Shown: positions 26,281 to 40,265, numbered from the stretch's first letter. The stretch: DNA of 64,000 nucleotides from Podospora anserina (GCA_017654855.1 CM030337.1:1922001-1986000); one strand, 5' to 3'. Translations and numbers: made by a program. The notes: generated by a model from the sequence alone, not told the origin.

Positions 26281-28729
26281 CTATGAAACTTCCACCGGCC
26301 TCCCCTTCCTATCAACCCTCTGATCCCTCGGATCAAACCCTCCCCTCCCCCACGTGGCCCACTCCGGCGTCTCGGGCCCCATATACTCCTCCGGCGTAAA
26401 CTCCCCATCCGGCCCCCTCTCCTCCAGCAGCTCAAAAAACCTCTCGTAATCAATCCTAGTATGCCACTTCCCCTCCTTCTGAAACCTGTCACTCGCCAGC
26501 AAGATGCAGCAACTGTGCGCATGTTCCGCCGCAATCCCATAATTCAGCCCCCTCTTCTTCAGCGCCTTTTCTAGCGCTACCACAAAGTCACACACCTCGT
26601 TGTAAAAGGGCACATTCTGCATCGTCAGACCTGCCGAGGACGAGGTGGATGTTCCGCAGTAGGTGACACCCTTGATTTCGACAAAGCAAGGGAGTCCCTT
26701 CTGGACTAGGTCAGCGTAGCCTTCCACTTCGTCTTCGAGGTTAAAGTCCTTGACGAGGGTGAGGCGGAATACCGTCCGTTGTTGGAAGCGGCGTTCGCGG
26801 AGGATGTCGAGGCAGCGGTTGAATCGCTCCCAGAAGTCGCGGTGGAGGGGTCTGTCGATGCGGCGGAGGGATTCCTTGTTTGAGGCGTCGATGCTGACAT
26901 ACAACTGGGTGACGTGTTGGAGGGCGGCGAGTTGATCGGGGTGCTGGGCGTTGCACACAAGGAAGGAGGAGATGCGCTCCTTGTGGAGCATACCGAGGAA
27001 CTCGTTGATGTGAGGGTAGAAGATGGGCTCGCCGACTAGTGACAAGGCGCAATGGCGGATGCGCATGGCCTCAGCGAAGCGCTCTGCTCGTACTCCAGGG
27101 ACGCCGCGCATCATTTTGATCTTCTTGTAGTGATTCTCCTTCACACCGTTGAAGATGAGATCTGGGGGATCCACGACCCAGCGCCAGTTGGTGCCGACGG
27201 GATTTGTGCCGTGGCGCCAGCAGAAGACGCACTTGTTGGAGCAGGAGAGCGATGGTGTGGTTTCCATGCACTGGTGAGAGTTGATGCCGTAGAAGGAATA
27301 CTTGTAGCAGGAGCCACGGCCGCGCAGGGCAGACTTTGTCCAGCGGCAGATCTTGACACCCGAGTGAGAGCCGACGATGGCGTAGCCTTGCTTCGTTAAG
27401 GAGTTATATGTGGGTGAACCCTTCGGTACCATTTCCTTGATGACGGCCGGGGCAGCAGCCTTCCTTTTTGGCTTGCCTTCGGTTGTGAAATCGACCGCGA
27501 TCGGCCCAGACGACTTCTTCCCAGTATTGCCGCTCGCCGCCATAATCTGCCCAAGATCCTCCAGATCTCCCAAATCCCCCGAGCTCTTGGACTTTCCATT
27601 TTGCTCAGCGCTCTCATCATACACCTCTCCATCATCATCAAGTTCCTCATTATCACTCTCAATCGGATCACCAGAACCAGGAATACCCTCCCCTAGCCCA
27701 CCATTCTGCTCAATCTGACCCAACACATCTACCAACCCACTCTTCCACTCCGCCAATCTCTCCTTCCCGTCCCTCTTCCAATCACCCATCCCCAGCGGAT
27801 ACGCCCTCTTCCTCCCACTCAACTTCGCCATCCACTTATCCACCTCCTTCGCCTGGAAACAATACCCCTCCTCCTCCGTCGGCCACCCCTCCCTATCCCC
27901 AAACCCAAACACCGAATACCCCAATATCGGCGCCAACGGCGAGGTATCAATCCGGAAGTCGTGGTGTGTTTCCTGAAGGTGCTCCAAGAAGGTATCGTTG
28001 ATACTATCAATATTAAAACTCGGCAGCAGGATCAAATAAAAGTAATCCACCTTCTCCTCCCCCTCCGTCTTTGGCGGACTGATGAAATACTCATCATAGT
28101 CCACCTCCGAAAGATCCAACACCTGCGGCGGCAAGAATGTCGTTTGCTCCCCTTTTGCCTTTGTCAAAGCCTCCTTAAACGCCCCCGCGAACTGCTTCGC
28201 GATCTTCTCGGTGCTCCCCGTCAAACAAGAGAAAAAGACCAAAACTTGAATCTTCCTCGCTTCTCCCCCTTCCTTCTTCACCCGTTTACTCGCATCACCC
28301 TTTATCCTCCTCGGCCCGGCGATCTTCTTCTTTACCCCCTCTTTCTTCTCATCATCACCCGACGAACCCTCCGAGCTGGAAACTTTCTTCACCACCACCT
28401 TGTCAAGTTTCTCTGTTATCGTCGTCGTCGTCTTCTTCTCGTCCTTATTCAACGCCCTCGGCAAAGCCACCAATTTCTGTTGCTCTGATTGTGCGTCGTT
28501 CAACCGGAGGTAAAATCTCAAAAAAGTAAGGATAAACGCCGTCGAAAGCAAAATAGGGATGCGGTGTTCGTGCCAGAGATCTACAGCATCTACAATATGA
28601 GGGGAACACAACATATTAGCCCACCATACAAAGCGAATGGGACCTAGGGATGGGGGAACAAAACTCACAGTCCATCACCCTGCCCATGATGGCGGGGCTG
28701 AACCCTTCCCAGTCATTGTGGAAGACCAT
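26281..28729 (-). CDS. TYW1: tRNA 4-demethylwyosine synthase (flavodoxin-like + radical SAM)
   Basis: GSHSGVKICRWTK, CSNKCVFCWRH (CxxxCxxC), HCALSLVGEP, EIKGVTYCG, EHAHSC; short first exon with donor at 28668. Confidence 0.95.
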
Positions 28730-29173
28730 TGCCGGCGGCGTTGATTGATTTGCTGCTGCCTCAGCGCGATGTTGTACCACGTTCCCTTCTCGAGATGTAT
28801 ATGCAGGTCGGGTGTGAAAAGCTCCTACTCTGCTGCTACGACACAAAAGGGCGGTTGTCGCAAGAGAAAAAAAGATTTGAATTGGGGTTGTCTGGATTGA
28901 TTCTCACCCGCCTCCCTGCACGCCAAAAACTGGTGCCCCGCACTAAACGTCGGATTAAGCTTCCTTTCCCTTATCGTTGGACCCCTGTAAGTGGGAAGCC
29001 CCGCTAATAACCGCTGGGCGCTGGTTGACGGTGTGGTGATCCAATGGGAGTTGGAGTGTTGAGCATCTCAAGACAACATCAGGTTGAGACAATCCAGAGT
29101 TCTGTATACATATAAAATCTACATGTTTTGTATCTATTCGCCAGAATGGGTATCACATCAACCAACACCCCCT

Positions 29174-30368
29174 TCACCTCTCCTCCTCCACAACTAAATC
29201 CTGTAACACATCCTCATCCTCCTCCTCATCATCCTCACTCTTCCTCCTCCTCCCCTCAACCCCATCATCCTGCGTCGCCAGTGAAATCCCATCCACACTT
29301 ACACCATCACTCATCACTGCTTCCTTGGCCCCCTCATCCTTGCTCCCAATAATGACATTCCCCGCCACAAGCATCGCAGCCCCCATCCACCACAATGGCG
29401 GGAGCGCCTCAGAGAAAATGGCAAAGCCGAGGATGGCGGTGATGAAGAAGTTGCAGGAGGTGTTCATGATTGAGACTTGAGTCGTAGAGTTACCCTTTGA
29501 GAGGGCTTTTGTAAAGAGGGTCCACATCTAGGCAAGAGTTAGTGCGACTTGAAAGTGAGGGTGTTGTAAGTGGGAGGGAGGTGAGGGGTGGGGGTTGGTG
29601 AAGAGGCACAATTGGTATTATTCGCAGCCTCGTAGGGCTGGACCACTCAGCTGAGGTGGTGGATGCATGGATTTGCGCGCCATTGACGCAAGGGGCAAGG
29701 GGAAGAGAAGGGCGGGGGGTATGCAAGTATCAGGCCATGTGGAACACATAAGTGAAAACGGTACTTACGATGCCATTGAAGACGAGATTGAGGGAGAAGA
29801 AGGACTGTTGAAGATGTCAGATACATAGCTACATGGCTTGATTCATAAAATGGAGTGAACTTACACCTCTCACACCAACCTCAACAATCCCCTCAGCCTT
29901 CTCCAGGCCAACAAGGCGCGCAATCCACATCGACAGTGTAGTCGTCAACTCAGTCGTAGTCCTGCAGAGATTAACATCGTCATCAGTTTGAGCCCCAGAC
30001 ACACACTCGACATGACAAAGAATCACTCACAACTTGGCAAAAACACCATTAAAAGCAGCACAAGCCCCGCTAGCAAGCGCATAAACAATCCACTCGTTCC
30101 TTTTCGTCCAGCTCGCCGTCGATGATGGCACACCAACCCCATCAACGGCTGTACCCTCCGGAAGGAGCGGACGCTCCTCATCTGATAGCCGGCTCATACC
30201 ACGCTTGTCCTTCTCATCCTCTGCAACCGTTGGCTGATTTGGCGGGGCTCTCTTTTTGAGAGATGTCACGTTCGTATCCGATGAAGAAGTCACAGCCGAG
30301 GAGGTGGTTGTTGTATCATCCAACCCAGAAGCAAGCCTGCGCTGCGCCTGTTGTCTTGTCGTTGGCAT
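29174..30368 (-). CDS. TMEM42-like / EamA-superfamily small membrane protein
   Basis: ASGACAAFNGVFAKL, MWTLFTKAL..STTQVSIMNTSCNF, FSEALPPLWW; several introns. Confidence 0.75.
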
Positions 30369-31308
30369 TGCTTGAGTCGTCGTGGTGTGGGGACAGACGC
30401 GGGCCGCGCTGAACAAGGAAGGCCGACTGGCTGGCTTTAAAGAGCAATTGATCCCCGTCCGTTATCGAATGGGGGTAGCGGATGGCCCGGAACAAAAGGC
30501 CTGCGGTTTGGGGACGCACAGAAGTCCTCGGTTCCTGTTTTGTGCCGTTTCCAAGGATGTGGGATGGAGGTCTTGGCTGAGGTTCGTTGTTCACGAAAAC
30601 GGTGTCCCAATGTTGGTTTTGGAAGTGGTTGTCAAAGTTCGAGTCATGCAAATCTGAGACTTGGAAGCGGTGATAGGTGAGATGGTAATTGCTTGATGAG
30701 TTCTCAATTACACTTGTGAGATGAGTGTGTTTCTTGACGCGATGTTGGATTGATGTCAACTCTGGCCCCTGTAGTGGTGCACGTGCCACTGGAGAACAGG
30801 GGGGCCTTTTCAGTGTGATGATACCTTCATTTGCAGACTGTTTTACTTAGATACCTGGTAATCTCTTTGCCCGCTTTTGAGCAAGTTCAGAAACTTCATG
30901 TCGTATATATTCAACATATATGGCCATCCCCTATCAATCAAGGTGGTGGGCAAGGCACGAATGCCGATTGGCTCAGTTCATCATCACAGATTCCCAGGCC
31001 ATCCGGCCGAGACACATGAGAACAAACGATATGTGATATGAGGGCCTCTTCAGTCCCATGTCTGTTTATCCCAATGGTTTTTTGCTCAAGTCTCGACGAC
31101 TGGTGAGCTGCTGTATAAATAAGATCTCTGCTGGTGTGTAATCTCAAAGCAAACCGCATATGAGAACCTCTAGGTTGACCATAAACGCCTATAAAACGCC
31201 CATACTATGCCCATATGCCTCGAAAACAAATGCCCAACTCCAGCTTGCCATTGCAAAAAAAGAAAGTCCATGATGTGACAAAAGCTCAGGTCGCTTGGCG
31301 AACGGCGC

Positions 31309-32017
31309 TTACTTGTCGTCGTTGCGCTTCGCGCTGCAGCTCACAATCTTCACCTTGTCGGCGACGACCGATCCTTGGTTTCCGTCCATCTTGAAGGTGA
31401 CATTGCGGATCAAGAAGGTCCAGACTTCATCACAGAAGCGATATGTGTCGAGGGAGCCCTGTAACGTGAGAGGAGTGTAACCTCGTTGTTAGCCTTGCAT
31501 GTTCTTAACCACTCGCCGTGAGAGGGCAGGCAAAGAAGGGTTGTGTGTATGCAAGGGTTATAGATGGGTGTTCGTGTACAGCGTCCCTCAGGTTAGGAAT
31601 GTGGAAAGAAGATGGTATTCACCTTGAAAGTCAAGCGCTGCTTAACCTTTTCTTGTAGCGTCTCGGCAACAACACGATCGAACTGAGTCAGCACCTTCAT
31701 GGCGAGCTGAGGAGCGATACTTTCATCGCCAATCAGTTCGTCGAGGGCATCCGTCAGCGTCAAGCCGAGACTGTATCCCGACAGGGAATGTCAGCAACTC
31801 GACTTCCTGATTTTACGATATGGAGATGAAGAATGGATCTGTGTTGGAAAGAAGTGGGCAGCAGTGAAACGGCTTGTTTTGCTCTGCTATGCTGCCTTGG
31901 GGTGCGCCACCGCATCCGCGGATGGGGCTCGCGCAGCCATCAAGAGGGCGGATTCGTGCAAGTAAATATGTACCTTCCATGACGATACAAATCGTAAAAG
32001 CCGGTGTTCGCCGCCAT
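31309..32017 (-). CDS. TOA2: Transcription initiation factor IIA gamma subunit
   Basis: Three exons: FYDLYRHGS / [21 protein letters not shown] / [23 protein letters not shown]. Confidence 0.93.
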
Positions 32018-32406
32018 CGTGTCTGTATCTTATGTCTAGTGCGATTTTCTTGATACCGCAGGGTCTGATGGCGTGGTTGTTTGATGAAAAGTTCAAAAGT
32101 TTGGGTGGTTTAAATACTTCTGGGGAAAAGGAGGGCTGAGAAAGCTGGAAGCAGGCGAAGCCGTCTGAGTCACGTGCCAAGGGATCCACTTGTCTCCAAC
32201 GCAGCAGCTGCGGGCTTGGCAGTTGGCGGCGCTGTGGACTGGCTCATTGGACATCTGTGTTTTGGGGAACCTGGAAGCAACGCAACGCATCAAAGCCGAT
32301 GAACGAACTGTCGAAGCTCTGGAAAGGGACCTGACGACCGCCTCCTTTTCGATCGACAAGCATCGGCACGAACCCGAACAACGGTGCAATCAATACATCA
32401 GTCAGG

Positions 32407-33324
32407 ATGAGCTTAACGTACGGGGTTGCGGGGATAACAACCCTCCTGACAGTGGTGGGAGCTTGTGAGTTGCCTACACCAGCGCAGCAGCATGCATGGC
32501 GAGATGGCCATCATGAAGAGTTTCCTTTGCTAACCACATTGACTGCGCAGACATGCTTTTTACTGGAAACGGTGAAGCATTCAATGTACGATTACATCCG
32601 TCCATCCGTTCGATCTGTTCCTATCAGCGCAAGCCATCATCACGCGGTCTCGACAGCATGCTTACGACGAATCGCTTGTTCTAGGTCGGCGCCTTTCTCG
32701 AATCCGTTTCCCCATACGCGTGGGCAGACACAGGCATTGCCCTCTGTATCGGCCTTTCAGTAGTAGGAGCAGCATGGTATGGACCAACCCCTATCGTTCT
32801 GGGCAGAGCAACAGCATAATAACATGGTGATGCAAACTACAGGGGTATCTTTATCACCGGTTCCTCCATCCTGGGTGGTGGTGTCAAGGCCCCCCGAATC
32901 CGAACCAAGAACTTGATCTCGATTATCTTCTGTGAGGTCGTCGCCATTTACGGCGTCATTATGGCCATCGTCTTCTCCGCCAAGCTCGCCCCCGTCGAGG
33001 GCGCGGATGTATACTCTGGCAGCACCTACTTTACGGGTTATGCGCTCTTCTGGGCTGGTCTGACTGTCGGCATGTGCAACCTTGTTTGCGGTGTTGCTGT
33101 TGGTATCAACGGTAGCGGTGCTGCTCTTGCCGATGCTGCCGATCCCACTCTGTATGTGCGCCCGCGATCAACAACATGATCAAGGTACAGCTACTGACAT
33201 CATATGCCACAGCTTCGTCAAGATCCTCGTCATCGAGATTTTCAGCTCCGTTCTTGGACTCTTCGGGCTCATCATTGGACTTCTCGTTGCCGGTAAGGCT
33301 GAGGATTTCGGAATGCACTCCTGA
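32407..33324 (+). CDS. VMA16: V-ATPase proteolipid subunit c''
   Basis: [27 protein letters not shown] and [20 protein letters not shown]; four introns. Confidence 0.93.
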
Positions 33325-34324
33325 TCAACTTTTCAGTCCTGTCTTGTCTTGTGGTTTTAACTACCTCTAACGTACCATTATCACACACGCATCATTCAAG
33401 GATGACGAAACGGTGTACATTACACATATCTTACACAACACAACACACCACCACATATATGACGCCGCCCCCCCCCTCCTCCCCACACCCAAAAAGAAAC
33501 ACGCATCCATGAGAATTTGAGACTGCTATAGCGAGCGTGTCTTGTCATCGTCGTCGTCGTCGTCTGTGTTGTAGTAAGCAAGCTTCATTTTTTTCTTCAT
33601 TACACCTGGCGTTTTTTGGAAGAAATTAGGGCGGTAAATGGGCTATTAAGGGGGTATGGGTTGGTTGGTTGGTTGGTCTTTATTGGCATTGATGATGATG
33701 GACAGGCATATGTATTAACTTGGGGGATGGGGTTGGGGGATAGGTGGTGGGGAGTGTGTAGAAGTAGAGTTACTCTTTTTTTGCCAAGGTTATTGTACAA
33801 AGGAGAACAGAGTCAAAGAGACTGGCTATGTTGATTGATCTCTCCAAAACAGTGATGCTGCTCCTGCCACACAACCAGCATCAGGTTGCTCCTTCCGCAT
33901 CATGTGACTACCACCAAATGTCGCTCCTCCCCTTCTGGGGTTTATATACTGCCTTTCTCGCTCCTTTCGTCACTGGACGAGTCTCCTTCGACTCTGCTCT
34001 TGGCAAATGGCTCAGCAGTGTTGGGAGTCGCGGCACCGACTTTGGTAAGGACCAAAGAGTACCAAGGGGCGTCCGTTCGAGTCCAAGTAAAACCACTGGT
34101 TGTCTCTATCCAACTAGCAGAGCTAGTTGGTGAGCTTTTTGATTTTTCACTTCTCCTTTCTTCACCAGGCGATCATTTTCTTTTCCAGAGGTACTTGAAT
34201 GCCACTTTCTTTTTGCTCGCTGGTGCAGAGAAATATATAACAGCCATAATTCAAATCTTGTGGTTACGCTACATGGCTTCAAAACTTCCTTGTTCGTTTA
34301 CATCGTAAGTTAAGAGACAAAAGA

Positions 34325-36424
34325 TCAAGCCAGCTCACTCCTCAACTCGCCCATCATCAGCGCCTCGATTTTTTCTCCCTTTTTGATCGGACCATTACCC
34401 GCCGGCATGGTAAGCAGTGCGTTCGCCCCTTCCAAACTTCCTACTTTGGAACTTCTCTGCCCGCCTGTGCTAGTGGCGATGAGTTTCCCCTCCTTCGAGA
34501 CGGTCACCATGGCGCGGTGGTATTCTGGCCGCGATTTATCAACGGGAAAGTCGTGACCTAGCACCACTGGCACTTTTGGGAGTCCTACTGGACTAATACC
34601 CGCTAACTGATGCAAAGCAGGGAGAACAAACAGATAAAACGTCACCAGCGCCGAGGCGGGGTTGCCAGGGAGGCTGAAAATCATCTTCTGGGATTTCGTC
34701 CCGTCATTGTTCTTGACTGGGACGGTAGCGAAGGTGGTGGGTTTGCCGGGCTTCATGTTGACTCTGCCGAAATGGATTGTCCCGCCAAGGGAGCGTTCGA
34801 TGGTTGGTTTGAGGAGGTCAAATTCACCCATTGAGACGCCGCCTGTGGTGAGGACTATGTCGGAGGATCGAAGGGCCCGGCGGAGGGTGGTCTCGAGGTT
34901 GGATTGCTTGTCTGAGACGATCCCGAGGTCGAGAGGGGTGAAGCCTGCTTGGGATATGACTGAGATGAGGGTTGGACGGTTGCAGTCGCGGACCTCGCCG
35001 AGGGATAATTCGCGGGGAAGGGAAGGGTCAACAATTTCGTCGCCGGTGGAGAGGAGGGAGATTGTGGGTGGAGAGTAGATTTTGACAGATTGGGTTCCGA
35101 TGCTGGAGAGGAGGCCGATAGAAGCTGGGGAGAGGCGGGTCTTGCTTGGGAGGAGGAGGGTGTTGAGGGGGATGTCGGAGCCGATTTCACGGATGTTGGC
35201 GCCGGGTTTGACGATGCCGTCAGAGAGGATTTCTACGGAGGATTCTTCTTCGATTTCCTGGCCGGTGGTTGGGTGGGTGGTTTTGGTCGTGGAGATAAGG
35301 ACTGTGTCTTCTACCATGACGACGGAGTTGGCGCCCGGGGGTAAGGGCGCGCCGGTGGTGATGCGGGTAATCTGGCCTTCTTTCAAGGGGACGAGGTTGG
35401 AGGAGGGCGCGGCATGGGAGGTAGAAACTACGGGGTAGACTCCGCGGAGGTGCCCAGAGGAGGGGACGACAACGGCATAGCCGTCTACAATACTGGCGCG
35501 GAAGGCTGGGACGGGAGCGGAGGCGTAGATGTCTTGAGCAAGGACTTTGCCGACGAGGTCAGGGGTGACTTTGGCGGTGGTGGTTGTGGGGTATGGGGTG
35601 TGTTTGGCTATGAGGGAGAGAGCATCGTCGACCGAGAGCATCGGGTATGGGGAGGAGCGGTGTCTTCGGCTGGGGCCGAGCGATGGGTCGTTGGATTTGG
35701 GGTTTTCAGAGGAGAGTCTGACTAAGTTTCCGTGATTGTGTCCATGGCCGTGGCCGTGCGAATGTGTGTGTCTATGACAGCTATGGCCATGGTCATGATG
35801 GTGTGAATGAGAGTGACCGTGAGTGTGAGCTTGAGCCTGGGCATGGCCCTGGGAGCCCACTCCTGCTTCCTTCTCAAGTTTCTTCACTCCGCCAGAGTGA
35901 AGAGCTCTAGAATTGGCTCCGGCTGCTTGAAGACAAGCATGTGGTAGTGTCTTGATCACAGCTTGGAGGTTCTCTTTGGCGCCCTTGGGGGACCCAGGAA
36001 GTGTTATTATGACTGTTTTGTTCCTCACGCCCGCAACGGGGCGGGACATCATGGCAAAAGGAGTGATAGCCAGAGAAGCTGCTAGCATTCCGTGAACGAG
36101 ACCAGGGGCTTGCTTGTGAAGTAATGGCGACACAGCTTCAGGGGTGCGGTCAGCAATGGCAAAGCCGGTGCCACCCGTTGTCACAACCAAGTTGATTATG
36201 TGTTTGCCTTCCTCCACAGGTTCCGTCCAAGTGGTGATTTGACGCTGGATTTCTGCCGAGTCATCGCTCACGATATGAGTCTCAGCAACCGTCCATTGGT
36301 TGCCACCATCCTGCTCGAACACACTGCGTAGTGTAGCTTCTGCGGCATCGGTGGAGGGGTCTTTTGCAGCTGTCGTTGAGACAATCAGAATGGCTGCTCG
36401 CAAAGCCGGGGATTGGGACGACAT
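34325..36424 (-). CDS. cnxE: Gephyrin-like molybdenum cofactor biosynthesis protein (MogA-MoeA fusion; CnxE/Nit-9)
   Basis: TTGGTGF..DRTPEA, LPGSPKG, ASIVDGYA, STGDE, TTGGVSMG, MKPGKP, LPGNPASA, QRSS; single ORF of 699 aa. Confidence 0.93.
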   Translation of the reverse strand: MSSQSPALRAAILIVSTTAAKDPSTDAAEATLRSVFEQDGGNQWTVAETHIVSDDSAEIQRQITTWTEPVEEGKHIINLVVTTGGTGFAIADRTPEAVSPLLHKQAPGLVHGMLAASLAITPFAMMSRPVAGVRNKTVIITLPGSPKGAKENLQAVIKTLPHACLQAAGANSRALHSGGVKKLEKEAGVGSQGHAQAQAHTHGHSHSHHHDHGHSCHRHTHSHGHGHGHNHGNLVRLSSENPKSNDPSLGPSRRHRSSPYPMLSVDDALSLIAKHTPYPTTTTAKVTPDLVGKVLAQDIYASAPVPAFRASIVDGYAVVVPSSGHLRGVYPVVSTSHAAPSSNLVPLKEGQITRITTGAPLPPGANSVVMVEDTVLISTTKTTHPTTGQEIEEESSVEILSDGIVKPGANIREIGSDIPLNTLLLPSKTRLSPASIGLLSSIGTQSVKIYSPPTISLLSTGDEIVDPSLPRELSLGEVRDCNRPTLISVISQAGFTPLDLGIVSDKQSNLETTLRRALRSSDIVLTTGGVSMGEFDLLKPTIERSLGGTIHFGRVNMKPGKPTTFATVPVKNNDGTKSQKMIFSLPGNPASALVTFYLFVLPALHQLAGISPVGLPKVPVVLGHDFPVDKSRPEYHRAMVTVSKEGKLIATSTGGQRSSKVGSLEGANALLTMPAGNGPIKKGEKIEALMMGELRSELA

Positions 36425-36952
36425 GGCCTCGGCTCTTAATAGAGGTTAAATTCACAAATGAGGAATGCCTTTTGTAGTTGAAGCGAGCAAAAAAGAGAAG
36501 AGATGTAAGATTATCTATCCACAAGATGCTCAAAGTGGGGGATAGATGCACTTCCGCGGGGTCAAGATCATGGTGTAAAGGTGGGGCAGCTCCAGGTTGG
36601 TGTCATCGTCCACCGCTTATCACTATCAATCTTCCCAGACTCCTTCCCACAGCTCTACCATTCAGGACCACCATGCTGCTTACCACCGGTTTATCTTCAA
36701 AGGTTACCGGCGGCTGGTTCATCCTTGCCCATCGGTGGTTTGTCTTCAGCGTTTCAGGCTGCGCCTCAAGCGCTGTGCATCTAGTACAGTGCTTGGACGA
36801 GTCTCACCAATGATGGCCTTGTCGCCCATACTGTGGTCTCGTCAATGGCCCGCTGTTGGCTGAGATGATATTCATCTGTCCCTTTGCATTAAACTCTAAC
36901 TCCTTGCCTTTGAATTCGACGTTTCGACTTTTCTTTGTCACCAGGCCTCGGC

Positions 36953-39159
36953 ATGGATAACGACAACAGCAATTCCCGTCCCGACTTTGTCGATGACTCC
37001 GCGCGCAACTTCGATCGCGACTCTGATCACGACCCTGATCACGACTCTGAACACAACCCCGATACCCCATCTGATTGCCCATGGGTTGGCTTTTGTGTCC
37101 CTCGCCGGTGTCGCCTTTGCACCTACCCAATTGAGCCTAACGAATGGATGGTAGCTACCAGTAAGTTGTCTGACTCCTACCCCAAACACAGCTATTGCTA
37201 ATCATTGGCCAACCAAGACTTCATGGTGAAGTTTACTCTGCGTTCATAAATAATGAGCATAGTATTGAAGATGTACCAAGATTGAAGGAGGAGTTCAGGC
37301 CATGCCCTCCAGCCTGTGCTCATGATCAGTCTTATTTGAACGGATCTGTCCCTGTATATCACGCAGAATGTTTCGACTATGCAGGCAATCCTCGACACGA
37401 CCTCCTCACCATCACTGCCTTCTCGTTCGAACCAATGCCATCATACGATATCAAACGAAAAAAGAGGATGGTGCAGCTTCTGGCTACCAAAATGGGTGAT
37501 ATGTGGTGTCACCTTCCTCATGAGCTGTGCCTTATGATATCCGAGCTTGCGGTTGGGAAGTACACGATTGCTATGCTACAAGGACTGTATACTGCCCCTG
37601 AAGACCTACACCACAACCTGGATCTCTCGCAAATCATCTGGGCACGGTATATTGACATTGGGGTTTATAAATACGTCTGTGAACTCTCCAACATACGTCG
37701 AGCGCAATGCTTCCGGAAATTGTACGACCCGGAAATGACCCCCGATGTCAACATCTTCTATGTGCTAGAAGATCACCTGGGCATGCGGGACCTGCTCTTT
37801 TCTAGTACCGAGAGCAAGCAAATGAATCTTTCATCCGAACATCTTGGACCAGGATTCTGGTGGCGGGTTCTCTCGTCCCCCCAGGTACTCCAGGCAGAAT
37901 ACGATGTAAGTGCCTCTTATTCACCCGAGGGTACACTTGGCCGACCATTTTCCATTTATAAATGGCGTGAAACTCCGAAATATAGTGAATGCGCCAACAT
38001 ATTCATCGAATCTCCACAATATGACATTCTCCGCGCTATTGCCGCGGGAGAACGTAGCTACCCTCAAGCTGTATTGCCGCCCTCTATCTCCTTTGCAACC
38101 TGAGATGCCTTTGGAAAGTCTTCAAATGGTTCCATTTCGAATCAATGGACCGGGCGTCACTGGATATTCATTCTGCTGGTCTGAAGGTCTCTATTATCTT
38201 CACACCCACTACATAGGTGAAGATGACCTGGCTATATATAATGACTTCGTCATCTTAACAGAGGATCCAATCTGGATACATTTGCCAGTCGCACCGGATG
38301 AATATATAAACAGCATCTGGTTTCGGCGTGCTGCATACACCTCAGAGATTGCCTTGTGGTAAGGAACCCCCAGCAGCTGAGAGCCACGTCACGGTACTAA
38401 TTGTGGATTTGCAGATTGTAACCAACAAAGGCAACGATGTGATTACCAGGCCAACAGCCGCAACCCCTATTGAGCCTGGCTCATTGCTCTTCGACAAGTT
38501 TCCAAACGCAACAATTGAATTGGAGCCGGCTGATAGGCCCACTCGACAACGGGGAGCCCGTTCAGACATACTTTAACCTTTCCAATCGGGGTGTCAAGGT
38601 GTTTGCAACGCTGCAGCCAAACATCGCTATTAAGCCCGGTCCAGAACCGCCATCATGGCTCCGTTCAGCCTGCTCTTATGAGCCAGGTTCCTCGTTCGCG
38701 TACGTGGCGCATATGTCTAATGTATCCCAAATCATTGCCTGCAAAAAGAAGGTGACATATTCCCCCAGAAGACTTGGAACCGCGGAGACGTATTTTGACT
38801 GGTGGGGGTCACATTCGCCAATAATCGGCCTCATTCTTGTGTACGCCGACGGAACGAGAATTCTTCTGGGGCAATAGCGTATGGACTCTGAGACTTTGGC
38901 ATTTGATATTCAACATCTGACGGCCTTATACATGGCTTTCAGACATGCTGGCATCGACAGGAACTACCCTTATCTCTCAGAAATCTGTCTTTCCGCCCCA
39001 AGTACACCCAGCAATTTCCCAGCGGCGTGGCGCTGGCTCAAGATAGATCCTTGTCAGCCAGACTCTCTGCGGTGGTGGACTGTCAAGGGGCTACACAGTG
39101 GTTCTCATATGGTATATGGAGACCAAACTACCTACGACGATCAAGGGCCCCAAAGCTGA
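36953..39159 (+). pseudogene. Pseudogene, paralog of 12513-14717
   Basis: Same motifs and intron positions as the paralog. Intron-2 acceptor appears as ...TAAAT|GGC instead of AG (~37962). One base missing at the intron-3 donor (~38359). Frameshift at ~38470-38500. In-frame TAG at 38875-38877. Confidence 0.75.
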
Positions 39160-39235
39160 CAAAGACCTACGACCTTTGGAAGTTACTGGAAGTCTACACC
39201 ATTTTAAACAGAAAATAAACCTTTCAAATATCCTT

Positions 39236-39382
39236 GTATGCCTCTCAACTATCTTTGAAAACATATTAACTATCATTCAAGGCCTATTCAACTGTTTTTA
39301 AGGCATATTGATAAACTTCTCAAGTCTACTAACTATCTTCTAAGGCCTATTCATTTCTCTTCCAAATCTATTATTATGTTTT
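39236..39382 (-). repeat. Degenerate 21-bp tandem array, ~7 units
   Basis: Units such as gaaaacatattaactatcatt and tcaagtctactaactatcttc are reverse complements of the 55-kb array unit. Confidence 0.7.
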
Positions 39383-40265
39383 GAGGCATGGTTTACCGTG
39401 CAGATTCCCCACAAATTCGAAACACATATGCTTTTGGATACCTGAATGAAGCCCCCTTAGCCACTATACTTTTAGGCTCACAGATGTCCAATTTGCAGGT
39501 AAGTGGATATCAAAGACACTCTGGGTCGCCTCAGTTACCATGGCCTCGCTGTTTCCATCATCCGTTGGCCTTGCCTTCCCCATCCCCTCGGGATAGATAT
39601 ACTGTACTGGTCCTCACGGCCTTTATTCAAAGCTGCAGTGTCCATCTTTTTGTTAACGACATACCCTTGCTAGTGTCATCTTACCCCTGTAACACACTCG
39701 GCATGGATGTGTGAGGCATTATTTCCGAATGACTTGATAATACATACTCATCTGTCGAGCAAGTCATAACTAAGGTAGGTAGGGGACAGCTATGATCTCT
39801 GTGGATATCCATCGTAGCCTCGACGACACCCAAGTGTTCAGTGAAGACCTTGACAACTGTCCCCGTTCTCCGATACATTGGTATCTCTAAAGATAAGATA
39901 TCCTCCTTTGTCGTTGTTCTCTTCTTTTCTTCAACAAAGAAAGCCTCCCACTTAGAAACCGCACACAAAGCATTATCCTTTACTAGCAACACAATCTCAT
40001 TGTCTATCTCCTCATACTGAACAATGTATTGTCTTTACCCCCTGAGCCAAAATGTATATAAACCCCCTGCCCCTCCCCCTGCCCCCCAAATCCCCTTTCC
40101 TCCCTTATCATCATCATCATCATCAAAAATACATCCTCCACACCTTTCTACTAACCAAAACAGCCTCCCACCACAACAACCTTTCATCTCCATCTCACTC
40201 ACCAACAAGGTAAGTTCTTATTATCTCACCCCCAACCCTTTCACAACCCCCCCTAAATCCTCAAA

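Noticed and set aside
38872-38883. In-frame TAG (caaTAGcg) in a good context for sexual-stage A-to-I editing (UAG to UGG stop correction known in Sordariomycetes)
   Set aside because: The same gene also has a broken splice acceptor and frameshifts, and the paralog has Thr at this position, so decay is the simpler explanation. Perithecial RNA-seq would settle it.
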